Source: an uncultured Candidatus Saccharibacteria bacterium
Lineage (GTDB): Bacteria > Patescibacteriota > Minisyncoccia > Phycocordibacterales > JAKAEA01
Length of the DNA: 64,000 nt
Reading direction: 5' to 3'
Assembly (NCBI GenBank): GCA_964532205.1
Contig: CAZHGQ010000001.1
Location: forward strand, 49,962 to 113,961
Shown here piece by piece: positions 19,486 to 29,962 of this stretch (within the stretch, counting starts at the first letter, position 1; each line of letters starts with the position of its first letter). Position numbers and translations under genes: made by a program. Below the pieces are notes generated by a model. That model saw only the letters and a program-made list of their open reading frames with translations, did no database searches and was not told where the DNA came from.

Positions 19486-20428
19486 CGAACGTTCACAATC
19501 ATTTATTTCTGCCATTATCTTGGCGCTGTTTATAGCCGGCGGTCTTTTGGTATTTCCAACACAGACAGTGAAGATCGCGAACGAAGCCACGTTGGCGAGT
19601 GTCGTCGAGACTACACCTGTGCAGAAATTAAATCCATTTGAAGAACAACCACTCATTGCTCGTTCAGCTTATGTTTACGATGTTACCAGTCGGACAGAGC
19701 TCTACTCAAAAAATGGCTCAGAGGCTTTGCCCTTAGCTTCTTTAACAAAAGTCATGACAACCATGGTCGCTGCTGAGGCGGCTTCCTCGTCGGCCATGGT
19801 AGTTATTCATCATGAGGACTTGGCTCAGGACGGTGACAGTGGTTTGTATGGTGAAGAAAAGTGGCAATTGTCAGATTTACTCAAATACACACTCATTGTT
19901 TCCTCAAATGACGGGGCATCAGCTGTGGCTGCCTCAGTCGGTGCGCTCAATCAGGGTGAAAATTCAACCGAGACAAGCAAACAATATTTTGTTCGTCTCA
20001 TGAACCAGAAAGCTCAAGATTTTTCCTTGACCAGTATGCGCTTCTATAATGAATCAGGATTAGATGTCTCTGAAAATCAAGCTGGTGCCTATGGTTCAGC
20101 CAAAGACGTGGCTAAACTTTTAGCTCATGCTGTCATCGCTCATCCGGACATTTTTTCCGTAACCCGTTTTCCTGAATTAACCCTGACTTCAGAAAGTCAC
20201 ATTACTCACAAAGCGATTAACACAGACATTTTGACATCAACGGTTGATAATCTGGTAGCCGGCAAAACTGGTTATACAGTGTTGGCAGGAGGTAATTTGG
20301 CCGTAGCCTTTACAGCCTCAAACGGACACATCATTATTGCCAGCGTATTGGGTTCAACATATGACGGCCGCTTTAGTGATGTCCACAGCTTAATTGAAGC
20401 TGCGAATAAAACCTTAGCTGAGTTATAA
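19478..20428 (+). CDS. D-Ala-D-Ala carboxypeptidase (peptidase S11)
   Basis: SLTK, SSN, KTG motifs; N-terminal TM. Confidence 0.9.
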   Translation: MLNERSQSFISAIILALFIAGGLLVFPTQTVKIANEATLASVVETTPVQKLNPFEEQPLIARSAYVYDVTSRTELYSKNGSEALPLASLTKVMTTMVAAEAASSSAMVVIHHEDLAQDGDSGLYGEEKWQLSDLLKYTLIVSSNDGASAVAASVGALNQGENSTETSKQYFVRLMNQKAQDFSLTSMRFYNESGLDVSENQAGAYGSAKDVAKLLAHAVIAHPDIFSVTRFPELTLTSESHITHKAINTDILTSTVDNLVAGKTGYTVLAGGNLAVAFTASNGHIIIASVLGSTYDGRFSDVHSLIEAANKTLAEL

Positions 20429-20435
20429 TACGACC

Positions 20436-21509
20436 ATGATCCTCGACCTTATTAAACTTTTTATCCCTGGTACTACTGCTTTCATAATCGGTTTTTTAAT
20501 TACACCGTTTCTGACTCATTACTTATATAAGTATCAGATGTGGAAGAAAAAGGCCGGCAAGATTGCTCCGGACGGTCGCGAGACACCAATTTTTAATGAA
20601 CTTCATAAAGACAAAGAGGTTGGCACGCCAAAAATGGGTGGTATTGTTATTTGGCTGAGTGTCTTTGTTACCATTTCAATCTTTTGGGCTATTTCACATG
20701 TCTTTGGTATTACTACAGCTCAAAAGTTTGACTTCTTGAGTCGAAGTCAGACCTGGATTCCATTGGGCACGCTCTTGTTCGGCGCATGTGTTGGTTTGCT
20801 TGATGACTATTTAGATATTGTCGGTTCCCGTGACAATTTAGCTGGTGGTTTGTCATTTAAAAAAAGAATTTTGGCGGTTTCAATTATTGGTTTTATTTGT
20901 GCTTTGTGGTTTTACTTTAAACTCGGTGTAGCTGAAATCGGTTTGCCATTTGATCAAGTTATCCCGCTTGGTATTTTATTTATTCCTTTCTTTACGCTTG
21001 TGGTGGCCGCTTTGTATTCAGGTGGAGTAATTGACGGTATTGATGGTTTAGCTGGTGGGGTATTTGCCAGTATTTTCTTGGCATACGGTGTTATTGCTTT
21101 CTTTCAACAACAAATTGATTTGGCCGCATTTTGTTTTGTGGTAGTCGGTAGTATCTTGGCCTTTTTGTGGTTCAATATTCCGCCGGCCAGGTTTTACATG
21201 TCCGAGACGGGCAGTATGAGTCTCACGGTAACACTAGCAGTCGTGGCTTTCATGACCGACTCCCTGGCCGGCGGCTACGGTATCCTCATGTTACCAGTCA
21301 TCGCCTTACCCCTTGTCCTCACTTCCGCTTCTGTCATCGTGCAATTACTTTCAAAGAAATTTCGTAATGGTCAGAAAGTCTTCTTGGTTGCACCTCTGCA
21401 TCATCATTACGAAGCTCTCGGCTGGCCGGCATATAAAGTCACGATGCGATACTGGATTATTAGTTTGGTGGTAGCCAGTTTAGGCATCATCTTAGCGCTC
21501 ATCGGCTAA
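20436..21509 (+). CDS. mraY: Phospho-N-acetylmuramoyl-pentapeptide transferase
   Basis: GTPKMGG, DGIDGL, APLHHHYE. Confidence 0.96.
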   Translation: MILDLIKLFIPGTTAFIIGFLITPFLTHYLYKYQMWKKKAGKIAPDGRETPIFNELHKDKEVGTPKMGGIVIWLSVFVTISIFWAISHVFGITTAQKFDFLSRSQTWIPLGTLLFGACVGLLDDYLDIVGSRDNLAGGLSFKKRILAVSIIGFICALWFYFKLGVAEIGLPFDQVIPLGILFIPFFTLVVAALYSGGVIDGIDGLAGGVFASIFLAYGVIAFFQQQIDLAAFCFVVVGSILAFLWFNIPPARFYMSETGSMSLTVTLAVVAFMTDSLAGGYGILMLPVIALPLVLTSASVIVQLLSKKFRNGQKVFLVAPLHHHYEALGWPAYKVTMRYWIISLVVASLGIILALIG

Positions 21510-22609
21510 TGCGAACAAAAAACAAGCTCGACAAAATGTTGGTTCTGTTAACTCTGCTTCTGGTAGCAGCTGGTTTTTTTATTTTCAGTTCAGCCTCATT
21601 GGGTTTGTTGGCGCGAGAGGGTATTAGTTATTCCGGTGTGGCCCTTAAACAATTTTTAGTTGGATTTATTGTTGGTGGAATTGTCCTCATTAGCGTAGCC
21701 AATATCCCGTACAAGTTTTGGCAGCGTCATGCATTTTATATTTTCCTCAGCACTATTATTCTCTGTATCGGCGTTTTTATTCCACATATCGGCTTCGCTC
21801 ACGGTGGTGCTCACCGCTGGATCAACATTGGTTCATACACCTTTCAACCTTCTGAATTATTAAAAATCGGTGCCATTATTTACTTTGCAGCTTGGCTTTC
21901 GGCCACCAAAGATGGGGTAAAAAGTTTTAAATTTGGCGCTTTACCCCTCTATATCATAATAGGTATAACAGGCGCCCTACTTCTCAAACAACCCGATACA
22001 GGCACGTTTATGGTCATTTTTGCCGCTCTGGTGGCCATGTTTGTCAGTGCCGGCGGCCGTTGGCGCCATCTCGGCCTGCTGTTTCTGGCCTGTCTCATCG
22101 GCTTTGCTATATTGGCCATGATCCGACCATATTTTATGGCTCGATTTACCACATTTCTAGATCCATCACACGATGCCTTAGGTTCAGGTTACCAAATTCA
22201 ACAATCACTGATTGCCATTGGCTCGGGTGGGCTTATCGGCCGCGGTTTTGGTCAAAGTATTCAAAAATTTAACTTCTTACCTGAACCAATTGGTGACTCA
22301 ATCTTTGCTGTTATGTCTGAGGAGTTCGGTTTCATTGGTGGCGTGACGTTAATTGTCCTGTTTGTGGCATTTGCCATGCGTGGCTTTAAAATTGCCGCCA
22401 GAATTAATGATTCATTTGGTATGTTGATGGTCGTTGGACTCATTACCGCTATCACTGCTCAAGCCTTTATTAATATTGGTTCAATGTTAAGCGTGCTGCC
22501 GTTAACAGGTATTCCGTTAACATTCGTAAGTCATGGTGGTACAGCCATGCTCGTCGCCTTGGCGGAAGTTGGCATGGTGCTTAATATTTCAAAAATTCAG
22601 AAGTCTTAG
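21509..22609 (+). CDS. ftsW: SEDS peptidoglycan glycosyltransferase FtsW
   Basis: RWI...FQPSE, QPDTGT, LPEPIGDSIF, PLTGIPL. Confidence 0.93.
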   Translation: MRTKNKLDKMLVLLTLLLVAAGFFIFSSASLGLLAREGISYSGVALKQFLVGFIVGGIVLISVANIPYKFWQRHAFYIFLSTIILCIGVFIPHIGFAHGGAHRWINIGSYTFQPSELLKIGAIIYFAAWLSATKDGVKSFKFGALPLYIIIGITGALLLKQPDTGTFMVIFAALVAMFVSAGGRWRHLGLLFLACLIGFAILAMIRPYFMARFTTFLDPSHDALGSGYQIQQSLIAIGSGGLIGRGFGQSIQKFNFLPEPIGDSIFAVMSEEFGFIGGVTLIVLFVAFAMRGFKIAARINDSFGMLMVVGLITAITAQAFINIGSMLSVLPLTGIPLTFVSHGGTAMLVALAEVGMVLNISKIQKS

Positions 22610-22621
22610 TATACTTAGAAT

Positions 22622-23749
22622 ATGAAAATTTTGCTTACCGGTGGCGGCACAGGCGGCCATTTCTTTCCAATCATTGCTGTGGCAGATGGTATTCGTGATG
22701 TGGCCAAAAAAAATCACATCGCCGATGTGAAGCTTTATTATATGGCACCTCAGCCATACGATGAGCGAGCACTTTATAATGCTCAGGTGACATTTTTGAA
22801 AACTTCGGCCGGTAAACGTCGTCGCTATTTTTCTTTGCTTAATTATATCGATTTGTTTAGAACAGGCTGGGGACTACTCAGGGCCTTGCGCACCATGTAT
22901 TCAATTTATCCCGATGTAGTGTTTAGTAAGGGTGGCTATGTCAGTTTTCCCGCTTTGTTTGCTGCTCGTTTCTTTGGCATACCGGTCATCATTCATGAAT
23001 CAGACTCTATACCGGGTCGAGTAAATACCTGGTCAGCACGATTTGCTCGCAAAATTGCTATTTCGTATCCACAAGCCGCAGACTTTTTCCCTAAAGATAA
23101 AGTTGTTTACACTGGTAATCCAATCCGTAAAGATTTACTCCACGCGGCAGCAGATGGTGGCCATGCCTATTTCAATTTGGAATCAACCACACCAACAATT
23201 TTAATTTTGGGTGGTTCACAGGGCGCTCAGTTTATTAATGAAAATATTGCCGATGTTTTACCTGATTTAGTTGAGAAATATCAAGTTATTCACCAGACCG
23301 GTCAAGCAAATTTTCTATTAGCCAAAGAAACTGCCAAAGTTGTTTTGCAAAACAGTCAGCACAAGGAACGCTATAAGCCGTACGCCAATTTGGATACATT
23401 GGCCTTGCGTATGGCTGCCGGCGCGGCTTCTTTAATAGTGTCGCGCGCCGGCAGCACCATTTTCGAAATTGCGGTCTGGGGTGTACCAACCATCCTTATT
23501 CCGATTACTGACTCAAATGGTGATCACCAACGTAAAAATGCCTACAGTTACGCCCGTACCGGTGCGGCGATTGTCATTGAAGAAAACAATTTAACGCCGC
23601 ATTTACTTTTATCCGAGATCACTCGTATTATTAGTGATCAAGACGATAGAGCAAAGATGCATGAGGCCGCTAGACAATTTGCCCACACTGACGCTGCTGA
23701 AAAAATTGCTGAGGAGCTCATTGCGATTGGTCTAGAGCATGAGCAATAA
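22622..23749 (+). CDS. murG: MurG GlcNAc transferase
   Basis: GGGTGGH, GGYVS, GNPIR, GGSQGA. Confidence 0.97.
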   Translation: MKILLTGGGTGGHFFPIIAVADGIRDVAKKNHIADVKLYYMAPQPYDERALYNAQVTFLKTSAGKRRRYFSLLNYIDLFRTGWGLLRALRTMYSIYPDVVFSKGGYVSFPALFAARFFGIPVIIHESDSIPGRVNTWSARFARKIAISYPQAADFFPKDKVVYTGNPIRKDLLHAAADGGHAYFNLESTTPTILILGGSQGAQFINENIADVLPDLVEKYQVIHQTGQANFLLAKETAKVVLQNSQHKERYKPYANLDTLALRMAAGAASLIVSRAGSTIFEIAVWGVPTILIPITDSNGDHQRKNAYSYARTGAAIVIEENNLTPHLLLSEITRIISDQDDRAKMHEAARQFAHTDAAEKIAEELIAIGLEHEQ

Positions 23750-25016
23750 CTATTACCTAACAATTTTACTGTCGCTAACTCTTGTTTTTGGAACAGGCCG
23801 GTTTATGTTGGCCCAAAACGTCGATCAATTGCAACAAAAAATCAACGAGCATAATACGACTATCCAACAACTTAATGCTGAAATTGATAAGTATCAGTCA
23901 GAGCTAAACAAAACCTCAGCCCAGGCCAAAACTTTGCAAAATGCCGTAAAGACTTTGGACTTAACCAGCAAAAAACTCAACACCGATCTTAAAGTTACAA
24001 ACGAAAAAATCAATTCAGCTACATTACAATTAAAACAACTTTCCAACGACATCAACGCCAAATCATCGGCCATTGATAAAAATAAAGCAGCACTTTCTGA
24101 GGCAGTTCGTTCACTTTCTGAGGCAGATCAAGCTTCGTTTATTGAAACCTTATTAACATACGACAATATTTCTACCTTTTGGAATCACGTCACCACCCTT
24201 GAACAATTTCAAACCGAGGTGGCCGATAAAGTTAACCAGCTCAAGGAACTCAAACAGGGCTTAGAAACAAACAAACAAAAGACTGAATCAAAAAAAGTTG
24301 AACTGACTTCACTCCAAGGTCAACTGTCAGATCAAAAACAGTCTGTTGAGGTGACAAAATCTACCAAGACCCAGTTGTTAACTGAAACAAAAAACAAAGA
24401 ATCAAATTATCAAAAGATTTTGACAGACAAATTGGCGACTAAGGCAGCCTTGGAAAAAGAGTTGTCACAATACGAATCACAACTCAAGCTTATTATTGAT
24501 CCGAACAGTATCCCAAAAGTTAAAGCCGGTATTTTGACCTGGCCAACCGTAAGTCGTATCGTAACCCAAGAATTCGGTGATACAGATTTTGCTCGTAAAC
24601 ATACACAAGCCTACAATGGTAAAGGTCACAACGGTATTGATATTGCCGCCTCCATCGGTGCAGCCATCTACTCTGCCCAAAATGGCGTGGTGAAGGGTAC
24701 AGGTAACACTGACACGGCTTGTCCGGGCGCCTCATTCGGCAAATGGATTTTGGTTGAACACCCAAATGGCCTTTCAACACTTTACTCTCACTTGTCAGTC
24801 ATCAAAGTTTCGGCTGGCCAAACAGTGGCCGCCGGTGAAACAATTGGCTTGGCCGGCATCACCGGCTATGCCACCGGCCCCCATCTACACTTTACTGTGT
24901 ATGCCAGCGAAGGTGTGCGTATCATCAGCCGGCCAAGCGCTGCGTGTGGCGGCCGAACATACACATTACCGGTAGCCGATTTAAAGGCCTACATTAACCC
25001 TATGCTATACTTATAG
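23739..25016 (+). CDS. Coiled-coil M23 peptidase (EnvC/MepM-like)
   Basis: Signal peptide, long coiled coil, HNGID, YSHL, TGPHLHF. Confidence 0.92.
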   Translation: MSNNYYLTILLSLTLVFGTGRFMLAQNVDQLQQKINEHNTTIQQLNAEIDKYQSELNKTSAQAKTLQNAVKTLDLTSKKLNTDLKVTNEKINSATLQLKQLSNDINAKSSAIDKNKAALSEAVRSLSEADQASFIETLLTYDNISTFWNHVTTLEQFQTEVADKVNQLKELKQGLETNKQKTESKKVELTSLQGQLSDQKQSVEVTKSTKTQLLTETKNKESNYQKILTDKLATKAALEKELSQYESQLKLIIDPNSIPKVKAGILTWPTVSRIVTQEFGDTDFARKHTQAYNGKGHNGIDIAASIGAAIYSAQNGVVKGTGNTDTACPGASFGKWILVEHPNGLSTLYSHLSVIKVSAGQTVAAGETIGLAGITGYATGPHLHFTVYASEGVRIISRPSAACGGRTYTLPVADLKAYINPMLYL

Positions 25017-25017
25017 T

Positions 25018-25224
25018 ATGAAACAACGGGGCTTCATAAATACCATTGTCCTGATTGTCCTGGCACTTATTGTACTCGGCTACTACCATATAGATATTAA
25101 AACAATTCTCCAAGATCCTTTGGTTAGAAGTAATTTGGAGTACACTCGAGATCAAGTCTTACAATTAGCCCGCGATGCTTGGGCAGTAGTTTTTGCTAAC
25201 GTTAAATACTATTTAAATCTTTAA
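25018..25224 (+). CDS. Small membrane protein with class III-like N-terminus
   Basis: MKQRGF followed by hydrophobic helix; -10 box 6 nt upstream. Confidence 0.7.
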   Translation: MKQRGFINTIVLIVLALIVLGYYHIDIKTILQDPLVRSNLEYTRDQVLQLARDAWAVVFANVKYYLNL

Positions 25225-25720
25225 CGTACAGTGGCTTGAGCCACAAAATATAAATATTTACGATTATGAATCCGGCGGTCCACACCCAGACCGCTTCTTG
25301 TATGTGTAACATCACGACACAGAACCAAATAATGAGTGCACCAACAAAACCCAGGCCGTCAATTATTTTTTTACGAAACAAAAGTCGGGGTGAAGAAAAG
25401 TCAGCCGGCAATATAAAATACTTAATAAGAGCAAAACCGAACAATACCACAGTCAACGTTAAGGTCGTTGGAACGTCGGCCAAATACCAAGCCAAGATGG
25501 AGTAGGTAATAACTAACAACGCATCAATTATATTTTGACTGATAGACCATGGATTCGTAAGTGCGGCAAAAACTTTAATCGAATAGTAGGTATTAAGACA
25601 TAACACAGCGTAAAAAAGAGTTAGAACTAGTGGCGGAGTGAGATCAAATACCACACTGCGGTATGATGCTAAAACCAAGAAAAACAAACTGACAAGCAAG
25701 GCTTTAAGAGACGATGACAT
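25202..25720 (-). CDS. Hypothetical multi-pass membrane protein
   Basis: 172 aa, mostly hydrophobic. Confidence 0.7.
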   Translation of the reverse strand: MSSSLKALLVSLFFLVLASYRSVVFDLTPPLVLTLFYAVLCLNTYYSIKVFAALTNPWSISQNIIDALLVITYSILAWYLADVPTTLTLTVVLFGFALIKYFILPADFSSPRLLFRKKIIDGLGFVGALIIWFCVVMLHIQEAVWVWTAGFIIVNIYILWLKPLYVKDLNSI

Positions 25721-25722
25721 AG

Positions 25723-26454
25723 TTATGAAGAATATGGTTTGTGATAAATAACCTCTGATAAAAAGTTGGCGGCATACAAGTACGCGGTTTTAAGGAAGCC
25801 TTGGTGTTTAAAACGGCGCGCCGATGAACCAACGGTAAAACCCATGTGAAATTCAACATCACCACCGCGAGCTTTAAGCCGGCGCGCCGTGTCTGTATCA
25901 TCCCCGTAAAATAAAATTGAAGCATCAAAGCCACCGATTTCATCAAAGGCCGTTTTTTTAATTGCGACATTGCCACATAAAATCATGTAACCCACCACCA
26001 GATATGTAAGTGGTGCCGAACTGTACCACATGATTTTTAGCATTGTATTAAGCTAAAAACCGGCATCATAATATGTGTATGGGCCACTGACCGAAACCAA
26101 GCGGGGATTGCGTTGGTAGTAACGAGCTACATTTAAAAACCATTGCACATCAACTTTTACGTCAGCATCAAAAAAGGCGATCACATCACAATCGCCAACT
26201 GCCAAATAACCTGTTTGTCGTGCCTGATTGGCACCCTTACGTGGTTCATCAATAACAGTCACGCCATATGAACGGGCAATGGTGCCAGTCGCATCAGTAC
26301 TATTACTGTTAACAACTATTATTTCTGAACACTCAATGTCAGCCGGCAATGCTTTAATACTTGCTTGCAAAGAGGTAAGACAAGCACCGATATAGCGTTC
26401 TTCATTATGGGCGGGGATCACAACCGATAGTTTCATGGCCTTAATAGTAAACAA
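25723..26454 (-). pseudogene. GT2 glycosyltransferase interrupted by an in-frame TAG
   Basis: VVIPAHNEE/FDAD half and GN..IKK.AF..IGGFD..GDDTD half are in the same frame, separated by TAG at 26053-26055. Confidence 0.82.
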
Positions 26455-26490
26455 AAAAGTGACTCTGCGCTATACTTTAACCACATATCT

Positions 26491-27075
26491 ATGGATATCA
26501 TTGCTCTTATCTTAGCCTACCGCTATTTCATCATTGTACCACTGACACTTATCGAAGGACCGATTGTTATGATGGTGGCCGGGGTCTTGTTGGGTCTAGG
26601 CTATTTTGATTTTTGGATTTTGTACGCAGTGTTAATAGCCAGTGATTTACTCGCTGATATTATTTGGTATTGGCTCGGTTATCATTATGGTTATCGATTT
26701 ATGGCTCGCTACGGTAAGTATGTAAGTATTGAGGAAAAAGAAATTTCTGCTGTCCGCCGATTGTTCCACCGTTATCATGATCGAATTTTATTGATCTCAA
26801 AGTTGACTATGGGTTTCGGTTTTGCCGTGGTTACACTTTTTACTGCCGGCTTAAGTCATGTGCCGTTTAAAAAATACTTAATGCTTAATTTCTTGGGCCA
26901 ACTTGTCTGGACAGCTGTGTTGATGGGTATCGGTTATTATTTGGGTAATTACTATTTACGAGTCAATAATGTTTTTGGTTTTGTTTCGACTGCTGCTATT
27001 ATTGTATTAGTCTTTTTAGCATTAATCGGCTTTGGTCGTTATCTCAAGAAGCGTACCATGAGCGAAATGTCATGA
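26491..27075 (+). CDS. DedA family membrane protein
   Basis: IEGP, DLLADIIWYWLG, AGLSHVPFKKY. Confidence 0.88.
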   Translation: MDIIALILAYRYFIIVPLTLIEGPIVMMVAGVLLGLGYFDFWILYAVLIASDLLADIIWYWLGYHYGYRFMARYGKYVSIEEKEISAVRRLFHRYHDRILLISKLTMGFGFAVVTLFTAGLSHVPFKKYLMLNFLGQLVWTAVLMGIGYYLGNYYLRVNNVFGFVSTAAIIVLVFLALIGFGRYLKKRTMSEMS

Positions 27076-27797
27076 TCTCAATTATTATCCCGGTTCTCAA
27101 TGAAGAAAAAATTATTGGCGAAACGCTTCGCAAGCTTCGTGCTGGTTTAATGGGTCTTGAATATGAATTAATTGTTTCTGACGGTCATAGCACCGACAGA
27201 ACCGTGGAAATTGCTCGCCAGTATGCCGATCACGTCTTGGTGCACGATGGCAAGACTCGGCAGACCATAGCTCAGGGTAGAAATGTCGGAGGTCGAGCGG
27301 CGCGCGGGGAATTTTTAGTTTTCTTAGACGCCGACTGCTCAATCCCGCGCGCCGCCCAATTCCTAAATCATGCCCTCAACCGTTTTGCCACAGATCCGAA
27401 ACTAACCGGTTTAAATACCTGGCTGATTGTTGACCCAAGCATAGCCAACCATCGCGACGTCTTTTTTTCCTGGTTGGTAAATATTGTCTATGCAACCTGG
27501 AATAATATTTTTCATTTACCAGTTTCCGGTGGTGAATTTCAAATGATGCGCAAGCAAACATTTTTAGCGCTGGGTGGCTACCGTGAAGACTTAGTCTGTT
27601 CTGAAGACTATGATTTGTTTCGTCGCTTAGCTAAACTCGGTCACGTGCGCATGGAAACAAAGTACGAGGTCTGGCAAACTGGCCGCCGCGCACGCAAAGT
27701 CGGTTGGATTCGCATGATCAGCAGCTGGATGATTAACTCTGTCTGGTATTTCTTTTTTAAAAAATCTCTGGCCAAGGAGTGGACAGTCGTGCGCTAA
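27072..27797 (+). CDS. GT2 glycosyltransferase
   Basis: SIIIPVLNEE, DGHSTD, FLDAD, LGGY..SED. Confidence 0.92.
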   Translation: MISIIIPVLNEEKIIGETLRKLRAGLMGLEYELIVSDGHSTDRTVEIARQYADHVLVHDGKTRQTIAQGRNVGGRAARGEFLVFLDADCSIPRAAQFLNHALNRFATDPKLTGLNTWLIVDPSIANHRDVFFSWLVNIVYATWNNIFHLPVSGGEFQMMRKQTFLALGGYREDLVCSEDYDLFRRLAKLGHVRMETKYEVWQTGRRARKVGWIRMISSWMINSVWYFFFKKSLAKEWTVVR

Positions 27798-27830
27798 CCT
27801 GTGCTATAGTTATACTCATAATATTATTTT

Positions 27831-29480
27831 ATGGACGAGTTTATCGCCAAGCTTACAACCCGTTTTACGGGCGACATTGCTTATGACGAAGCCAGTCTCG
27901 AGCGTTACAGCCGTGATGCGAGCTTGTTTAAAGTAAAACCCCAACTCGTTGTCTTTCCCAAAACTGTTGCCGACATTAAATCACTCGTTCAACTCATCAA
28001 TGAAGAGCGGACACTCGGACACTCATATAGTTTAACCGCCCGTTCAGCTGGCACAGACATGACCGGCGGACCACTGAGTGAATCAATTGTTGTTGAATTC
28101 ACAAAATATTTTAACCACGTCAAAGAAATCGGCAGTGATTATGCAATTACCGAACCCGGCGTCTACTATCGCGACTTTGATAAATTAACCAAAATCAAAG
28201 TTGGGAAAATTTTACCTTCATATCCAGCTTCACGTGAACTGTGTACCGTCGGCGGCATGGTGGCCAATAATTCGGGTGGTGAAAAGAATTTACTCTACGG
28301 TAAAACTGAAAACTATGTTCAGGAACTCAAAATGGTTTTGCGAGACGGTGAAGAATATATTTTCCGTCCGCTGAGCTTAGATGAATTGGAACTAAAAAAG
28401 AGCTTGCAAACAGCCGAAGGTGAAGTCTACCGTAAATTAGCTGATTTAATCCAGGGCAATGATGAGCTTCTTAAAAAATCTAAACCGCATGTCTCTAAAA
28501 ATTCAGCCGGCTATTATTTGTGGAACGTCTTTGATAAAGACAAAAAAATATTTGATCCGACCAAACTTATCGTCGGCTCACAAGGTACACTGGGTATCAT
28601 TACTGAAATAAAATTTAAATTAGTAAAACCTCGCACGCATTCACAATTACTTGTTGTTTTCTTAAAAGATATGAAACGTTTGGGTGACATTACCAATGTA
28701 ATTTTGGCCCACAAACCAGAAAGTTTAGAATCATATGACGACCACACATTTAAATTGGCCGTAAAACTCTTTCCTCAAATGATTGCTCGCATGAAAGGTA
28801 ATTTTCTAACCCTGATGTGGCGTTTCTTACCAGAATTTTGGGCCGTCCTCACCGGTGGCGTGCCAAAGTTACTTGTTATGGCTGAATTTACGTCAGATAC
28901 AGACGTTGATGCACTAGCTCAGGCTATTGAAGCCGAAAAATCACTCAAAGCCTTTAATCTAAGAACTCATGTCACCTCATCAGCTGATGAAGTAACCAAA
29001 TACTGGATTATCCGCCGCGAAAGCTTCAACATGCTACGCAAGCACGTGAAGGAATTACGTACCGCACCATTCATTGACGATTTTGTGGTACTGCCAGAAT
29101 TACTGCCAGAATTTTTACCAAAACTCTATAGTATCCTTGATGAATACAGCATTATCTATACGGTGGCTGGCCATGTAGGGGATGGTAATTTTCACATTAT
29201 TCCGCTCATGGACATGCATAAAGCTAGTTCAAAAAAGATCATTACTGAATTAATTGAGAGAGTGAATTCATTGGTTATTGAATACAAGGGTTCGATTACC
29301 GGTGAGCATAATGATGGTATTGTTCGCACACCGTATCTGGAAAAAATGTATGGTCCAGAAATGTACAATCTTTTTAAAGAAACAAAGGCAATCTTTGATC
29401 CACAATTAATTTTTAACCCTGGTAAGAAAGTGGGTGGTACTTGGGATTATGCACTAAAACATATGGATTCTGGTTTGTAA
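27831..29480 (+). CDS. FAD-linked oxidase (GlcD/D-lactate dehydrogenase-like)
   Basis: RSAGT, GGMVANNSGG, GSQGTLG, GHVGDGNFH, GEHNDG, FNPGK. Confidence 0.9.
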   Translation: MDEFIAKLTTRFTGDIAYDEASLERYSRDASLFKVKPQLVVFPKTVADIKSLVQLINEERTLGHSYSLTARSAGTDMTGGPLSESIVVEFTKYFNHVKEIGSDYAITEPGVYYRDFDKLTKIKVGKILPSYPASRELCTVGGMVANNSGGEKNLLYGKTENYVQELKMVLRDGEEYIFRPLSLDELELKKSLQTAEGEVYRKLADLIQGNDELLKKSKPHVSKNSAGYYLWNVFDKDKKIFDPTKLIVGSQGTLGIITEIKFKLVKPRTHSQLLVVFLKDMKRLGDITNVILAHKPESLESYDDHTFKLAVKLFPQMIARMKGNFLTLMWRFLPEFWAVLTGGVPKLLVMAEFTSDTDVDALAQAIEAEKSLKAFNLRTHVTSSADEVTKYWIIRRESFNMLRKHVKELRTAPFIDDFVVLPELLPEFLPKLYSILDEYSIIYTVAGHVGDGNFHIIPLMDMHKASSKKIITELIERVNSLVIEYKGSITGEHNDGIVRTPYLEKMYGPEMYNLFKETKAIFDPQLIFNPGKKVGGTWDYALKHMDSGL

Positions 29481-29495
29481 ATGTAATGGGGTGCT

Positions 29496-29816
29496 GTGTT
29501 CAATCGTAGTATATATGTGCGTAACGAAACACAACACAATTTCATAAGAGCTTTCGATACATGCGCGGACGAAATCTTCGCATATTGTTACAAAAAAGTA
29601 GCCCACCATGAGATTGCCACATATCTCACTGGCACAATTTTTACCCGAACATGGGATTATGTTAGCGCAGCTGAACAAGCTGCAGCACTTAGTGTTCGAA
29701 ATTTACGAGCAATTCTAAATTACATCGCTCGTGAAGAACTAAAATTATTTGTTCGACAACAAGAACATCAGCGAAATTACAAAAATAATTTGTGGAGTCT
29801 GACACTGGCTCAGTAA
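29496..29816 (+). CDS. ECF sigma region-2-like small protein
   Basis: ADEIFAYCY.KV...A..L....FTRTWDY...NLRAILNYIAR; no region 4. Confidence 0.6.
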   Translation: MFNRSIYVRNETQHNFIRAFDTCADEIFAYCYKKVAHHEIATYLTGTIFTRTWDYVSAAEQAAALSVRNLRAILNYIAREELKLFVRQQEHQRNYKNNLWSLTLAQ

Positions 29817-29831
29817 CTAAAAGAGTAGAAG

Positions 29832-29860
29832 AAACCGCGAGGCCTCCGGCCTCGCGGTTT
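29832..29860. terminator. Terminator hairpin
   Basis: aaaccgcgaggcc-tcc-ggcctcgcggttt. Confidence 0.8.
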
Positions 29861-29909
29861 TGTTATTATTGACCGCTGTAACATTTTGTATTTTGTTTCG
29901 TTATACACA

Positions 29910-29938
29910 TTGACGGTGAACAATCGTTCACCTATACT
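29910..29938 (+). promoter_or_regulatory. Promoter with LexA (SOS) box between -35 and -10
   Basis: TTGACG-17-TATACT enclosing palindrome GGTGAAC-aatc-GTTCACC (GAAC-N4-GTTC). Confidence 0.85.
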
Positions 29939-29962
29939 TTTTATATCAATTAATCAATCATT

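Noticed and set aside
26053-26055. Alternative genetic code / pyrrolysine recoding
   Set aside because: Single case; TAG and TGA terminate many intact genes normally in this window.
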